From Bauldia sp. (GTDB taxonomy: Bacteria > Pseudomonadota > Alphaproteobacteria > Rhizobiales > Kaistiaceae), in assembly GCA_026126025.1 (NCBI GenBank), contig JAHCJZ010000001.1:333937-397936 (forward strand): a stretch of DNA of 64,000 nt, written 5' to 3'. Below are positions 59,951 through 64,000 of this stretch, piece after piece. How positions within the stretch are numbered: position 1 is the first letter of the stretch; each line of letters starts with the position of its first letter. The notes beneath the pieces were generated by a model. It worked only from the letters and a program-made list of their open reading frames with translations. It had not been told where the DNA came from and did not search any database. The position numbers were made by a program, and so were the translations under genes.

Positions 59951-60592
59951 TCACATCCCCTCTTCGTACTCCTCCTCGGACAGATGGTGCGGGCCGCGCT
60001 GCGGGGGAGGGGGCGGAGGCGGCGCCACCGCGGCGCGCTCGGCCTGACGCGCCGCGCGCTCGGCCGGGTCGCGGCCGATCGCGCTTTGCAGCGACACCAG
60101 ATCGACGAAGTGGTCCGCCTGGCGGCGCAGCTCGTCGGCGATCATCGGCGGCTGGGTCGCGAGCGTCGAAATCACGCTGACCTTGCGCCCCCGGCGCTGC
60201 ACCGCCTCGACCAGCGACCGGAAGTCGCCATCGCCGGAAAAGATCACGATGTGGTCGACCGTTGCGGACATCTCCATCACGTCGATCGCGAGCTCGATGT
60301 CCATGTTGCCCTTGATCTTCCGGCGCCCTGCCTGGTCGACGAACTCCTTGGTCGGCTTGGTGACGACGGTGAACCCGTTATAGTCAAGCCAGTCGATCAG
60401 CGGCCGGATCGACGAATATTCCTGATCCTCGGCGAGCGCCGTGTAGTAATAGGCACGGAGCAGATAACCGTGCTCCTGGAAGTATTTCAGAAGCCGCTTG
60501 TAGTCGATGTCGAATCCGAGCGTCTTTGATGTCGCATACAGGTTGGCGCCATCGATGAACAAGGCGATCTTTTCGCGGGGGTCGAACATCAT
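59951..60592 (-). CDS. NYN (LabA/DUF88) domain protein with Pro-rich acidic tail
   Basis: MMFDPREKIALFIDGANLYATSKTLGFDIDYKRLL... GNMDIELAIDVM ... IFSGDGDF. The NYN ribonuclease-like acidic residues are present. Confidence 0.85.
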   Translation of the reverse strand: MMFDPREKIALFIDGANLYATSKTLGFDIDYKRLLKYFQEHGYLLRAYYYTALAEDQEYSSIRPLIDWLDYNGFTVVTKPTKEFVDQAGRRKIKGNMDIELAIDVMEMSATVDHIVIFSGDGDFRSLVEAVQRRGRKVSVISTLATQPPMIADELRRQADHFVDLVSLQSAIGRDPAERAARQAERAAVAPPPPPPPQRGPHHLSEEEYEEGM

Positions 60593-60842
60593 ACGCAACG
60601 GTTCCTCTGAAATAGCTGTACGATTGAAATGGGTCCCGGTGGGTGCAGTTCCTGGCCGGGCGGCAATTGGGGCATCGGCCCGCCGGCGAGTATCGGCGCC
60701 GGCCCTTGCAAGTTGGTGAAAGGTCTGCCGGCATTGTTGCTGAAATATGGCTTCCGCCGTGCGGTGCGGCGTCGTCTGCCTTGCAATCGCCGGCATCCAC
60801 ACCTATTCATCCGGGCAACCCTTCCATGTCAGGAGACTGCCG

Positions 60843-61244
60843 ATGGCGCGCGTCACCGTTGAGGACTGCGTCGACAAGGTCGAGAATCGCTTTGATCTGG
60901 TGCTGCTCGCCAGCCACCGTGCGCGCATGATCGCCTCCGGCCAGCCGGCGACGGTGGCCCGCGACAACGACAAGAACCCGGTGGTCGCGCTCCGCGAGAT
61001 CGCCGACGAGACCGTTTCGCCGGACGATCTGCGCGAGGATTTGATCCACTCGCTGCAGAAGCATGTCGAGGTCGACGAGCCCGAGGTCGAGCCGGTCCCG
61101 CTGCTCGCCTCCGGCGACGGCGATGCCGCCCGGCCGGCGGCGCTGGACGACGACGCCAACCTCTCCTTCGGCAGCATGTCGGAGGAGGAGCTCCGCCGCG
61201 GCCTCGAGAGCATGGTCCCGCCCGACCGCACGGAAGAGTTCTAG
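60843..61244 (+). CDS. rpoZ: DNA-directed RNA polymerase subunit omega
   Basis: [28 protein letters not shown], the canonical RpoZ N-terminus. Confidence 0.93.
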   Translation: MARVTVEDCVDKVENRFDLVLLASHRARMIASGQPATVARDNDKNPVVALREIADETVSPDDLREDLIHSLQKHVEVDEPEVEPVPLLASGDGDAARPAALDDDANLSFGSMSEEELRRGLESMVPPDRTEEF

Positions 61245-61343
61245 GATCTCCGGCGCGTTAGTGCCGGATCAATAGCGGCTGTACTAATATCCTGGACGTG
61301 ACCCGGCGGCTCGGATCGCCGGGTCGGTGCCGGGTGCTCTCCG

Positions 61344-63542
61344 ATGATGCGTCAGTATGAGCTCCTCGAGCGGATCACCCGGTACAATCCGGCGGCCGAT
61401 GAGGGGCTTCTCAACAAGGCCTATGTCTATGCCATGCAGAAGCATGGCACGCAGCTCCGCGCCAATGGCGATCCGTTCTTCTCGCATCCGCTGGAGGTCG
61501 CCGCGATCCTGACGGATCTCCGGCTCGACGACGCCACCATCGCGGTGGCGCTCCTTCACGACACGATCGAGGACACCGACGCCACCCGCGGCGAGATCGA
61601 CGCGCTGTTCGGCGAGGATATCGGCAGGCTGGTCGAGGGCCTCACCAAGATCAAGAAGCTCGACCTCGTCTCCAAGAAGGCGGCGCAGGCCGAGAATCTC
61701 CGCAAGCTCCTCCTCGCCATTTCCGCCGACGTCCGCGTCCTCCTGGTCAAGCTCGCGGACCGCCTCCACAACATGCGCACGCTGGCGCATATGCCGCCCG
61801 AGCGCCGCGTCCCGATCGCCGAGGAGACGCTGGAGATCTATGCGCCGCTCGCCGGCCGCATGGGCATGCAGGACATGCGAGAGGAGCTCGAGGAGCTCGC
61901 CTTCAAGGTCGTGAACCCGCAGGCGCATGGGACGATCTCGCGCCGCCTCGCCAGTATCAGCGAGAAGAACCGCGACCTCATCCGCGAGATCGAGGCCGAC
62001 CTTGCCGCGCGCTTCGCCGAACGCGGCATCACCGCCCGGGTGCTCGGTCGTCAGAAGCGCGCCTACGCCATCTTCCGCAAGATGGAGCGGAAGGCCGTCA
62101 GCTTCGAGCAGCTCTCCGACATTTTCGGCTTCCGCGTCGTCGTCGCGACCGTGCCGGACTGCTACGCCGCGCTCGGCGTCATCCATTCGACCTGGCCGAG
62201 CGTTCCGGGCCGCTTCAAGGACTACATCTCGACGCCCAAGCAGAACGACTACCGCTCGATCCACACCACCGTCGTCGGGCCGCAGCACCAGCGTGTCGAG
62301 CTCCAGATCCGCACCGAGGCGATGCACCGCGTCGCCGAATACGGCATCGCCGCGCACGCCCTCTACAAGGACGGCGTCGGGCCGCTCGCGGGCGCTGCAA
62401 ATGGCGGCGGCAACGGCAAGCTCAGCGGCTTCGCCGCCGAGGCGCGGGCCTATGAATGGCTGCGCCGCACCATCGAGATGCTGGCAGAGGGCGACACGCC
62501 GGAGGAATTCCTCGAGCACACCAAGCTCGAGCTGTTCCAGGACCAGGTGTTCTGCTTCACGCCGAAGGGCCGCCTGATCGCGCTGCCGCGGGGCGCGACG
62601 CCGCTCGACTTCGCCTATGCGGTCCACACCGACATCGGCAATTCCACGGTCGGCGCAAGGGTCAACGGCCGCCCGGTGCCGCTCACAACCGAGCTCCAGA
62701 ACGGCGACGAGGTCGAGATCGTCCGCGCCACCGGCCAGGTGCCGCAGGCGGCGTGGGAGCATGTCGCGATCACCGGCAAGGCGCGCTCGGCGATCCGCCG
62801 CGCCAGCCGCGTCGCGGCGCGGAAGCAATATGCCGGCCTCGGCCGCCAGATCCTGGAACGCGCCTTCGAGCGCGTCGGCCTCGCCTTCAGCGAGGAGCAG
62901 CTGAAGACCTCGCTCCATCGCCTCGCGCAGCAGGATCTGGAGGATACGCTGGCCGCGGTCGGCCGCGGCGAGATCCCCTCGGCCAACGTGCTGCGCGCCG
63001 TCCACCCCGAGCACCGCGAGGAGGTGAAAAACGCGCCGCGCCGCCGGCTTGGCCTCGGGCGCCGCAATACGGGCCGCACGACCGCGCGGAAGGCAATCCC
63101 GATCCGCGGCCTCGCCCAGAACGTGGCGATCCGCTACGCGCCGGACGGCGGCGCGGTGCCGGGCGACCGCATCATCGGCATCATGACGCCGGGGGAGGGC
63201 GTCACGATCTACCCGATCCAGTCGCCGGCGCTGAAGGAGTTCGACGAGGAGACCGAGCGCTGGATCGACGTGCGCTGGGAGGTCGACCTCGATTCGACGC
63301 AGCGCTTCCCGGCGCGGATCGCGCTCACCGCGATCAACGAGCCGGGCACGCTGGCGCAGATCACGCAGGTGATCGCCACCGCCGACGCCAACATCTCCAA
63401 CCTTCACATCAAGCGGAACGAGCAGGACTTCTCCGAGATCATCATCGACGTCGAGGTGATGAACCTGAAGCACCTGACGCAGGTGATCGCCGGCCTCCGC
63501 GCGCAGCGCGTCGTCTCGTCCGCGCACCGGGTGAACGGATGA
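61344..63542 (+). CDS. spoT: Bifunctional (p)ppGpp synthetase/hydrolase (RelA/SpoT homologue)
   Basis: 732 aa with an HD domain (HPLEVAAIL...LHDTIEDT) and a synthetase domain (DYRSIHTTV), followed by TGS and C-terminal ACT regions. Confidence 0.95.
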   Translation: MMRQYELLERITRYNPAADEGLLNKAYVYAMQKHGTQLRANGDPFFSHPLEVAAILTDLRLDDATIAVALLHDTIEDTDATRGEIDALFGEDIGRLVEGLTKIKKLDLVSKKAAQAENLRKLLLAISADVRVLLVKLADRLHNMRTLAHMPPERRVPIAEETLEIYAPLAGRMGMQDMREELEELAFKVVNPQAHGTISRRLASISEKNRDLIREIEADLAARFAERGITARVLGRQKRAYAIFRKMERKAVSFEQLSDIFGFRVVVATVPDCYAALGVIHSTWPSVPGRFKDYISTPKQNDYRSIHTTVVGPQHQRVELQIRTEAMHRVAEYGIAAHALYKDGVGPLAGAANGGGNGKLSGFAAEARAYEWLRRTIEMLAEGDTPEEFLEHTKLELFQDQVFCFTPKGRLIALPRGATPLDFAYAVHTDIGNSTVGARVNGRPVPLTTELQNGDEVEIVRATGQVPQAAWEHVAITGKARSAIRRASRVAARKQYAGLGRQILERAFERVGLAFSEEQLKTSLHRLAQQDLEDTLAAVGRGEIPSANVLRAVHPEHREEVKNAPRRRLGLGRRNTGRTTARKAIPIRGLAQNVAIRYAPDGGAVPGDRIIGIMTPGEGVTIYPIQSPALKEFDEETERWIDVRWEVDLDSTQRFPARIALTAINEPGTLAQITQVIATADANISNLHIKRNEQDFSEIIIDVEVMNLKHLTQVIAGLRAQRVVSSAHRVNG

Positions 63543-63573
63543 CGGACAGCGCCCGGCCGGCTATGCAACCGGG

Positions 63574-64000
63574 ATGACCGAAGCCGAAGCTCTCGACGTC
63601 TTCCGCCGCTCCGGAGCCATTCTGGAGGGGCACTTCATCCTGTCGTCGGGCCTCCGCAGCCCTGTCTTCATCCAGAAGGCGCGGGTCTTCCAGTATCCCG
63701 ACCGCACGGAGCAGCTCTGCAAGGCGCTCGCCGAGAAGGTCCGCGCCGCCGGCCTGACACCGCTCGACGTCGTCGTTTCCCCGGCGCTCGGCGGCCTCGT
63801 GCCCGGCTACGAGACCGCGCGGCAGCTCGGCGTTCAGGCGATGTGGGTCGAGCGCGAGGAGGGCGCCATGCGGCTTCGCCGCTTCGAGCTCCCGGCCAAT
63901 GCGCGCGTCCTGATCGTGGAGGACATCGTCACCACCGGGCTGTCGAGCCGCGAGACCGTCGAGGCCGTTCGCGCCGCCGGCGGCGACGTCGTCGGCTGCG
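63574..64000 (+). CDS. pyrE: Orotate phosphoribosyltransferase, N-terminal part (runs off window)
   Basis: Own translation from ATG 63574: MTEAEALDVFRRSGAILEGHFILSSGLRSPVFIQKARVF... with the PRPP loop VLIVEDIVTTGLS. Confidence 0.82.
   Translation, partial: MTEAEALDVFRRSGAILEGHFILSSGLRSPVFIQKARVFQYPDRTEQLCKALAEKVRAAGLTPLDVVVSPALGGLVPGYETARQLGVQAMWVEREEGAMRLRRFELPANARVLIVEDIVTTGLSSRETVEAVRAAGGDVVGC

Overview
This is a very GC-rich chromosomal segment, with third codon positions almost always G/C and long stop-free antisense ORFs. Gene content and synteny look alphaproteobacterial and Rhizobiales-like (inference only, no database search was possible). Most of it is housekeeping core. Identifiable genes include rne, an AmiC-type amidase, PBP1A, prfB with its programmed +1 frameshift, an M23 peptidase, bcp and a giant AsmA/YhdP-like protein. 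Further along are an Fe(3+) ABC transporter, tyrS, a complete suf Fe-S assembly operon, a GGDEF cyclase, rhlE, parE and a GST. The last stretch carries a porin/OmpA envelope cluster, a PQQ dehydrogenase, slt, dapA, smpB, a uracil-DNA glycosylase, NYN-rpoZ-spoT and the start of pyrE. One tRNA-Ser(GCU) is present. I found no rRNA, CRISPR array, transposase or integrase. Several things stand out. (1) A tightly coupled minus-strand cassette (GNAT-like / AsnB-type amidotransferase / ACP / AMP-ligase / NadE-like PP-loop enzyme, 39.6-45.7 kb) lies between a REP-like repeat and tRNA-Ser. It has no PKS, NRPS, glycosyltransferase or exosortase nearby, and it is my best candidate for an uncharacterised small-molecule or surface-modification system. 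(2) A cupin / 2-TM protein / cupin trio is spliced by ATGA overlaps between sufB and sufC. (3) A divergent PQQ dehydrogenase lacks the vicinal Cys-Cys but carries a D-x-D signature, and it is paired with a secreted pentapeptide-repeat protein. (4) Two families of hairpin-forming intergenic repeats are present, one of which supplies the TAG stop codon of both rne and bcp. (5) Three small beta-barrel OMP paralogues sit in tandem, with a probable decayed fourth copy. (6) The GGDEF gene is apparently frameshifted. (7) A DUF4160/DUF2442 toxin-antitoxin-like pair is translationally linked to udg and a NYN-domain gene. All functional calls rest on my own recognition of motifs in the supplied translations.
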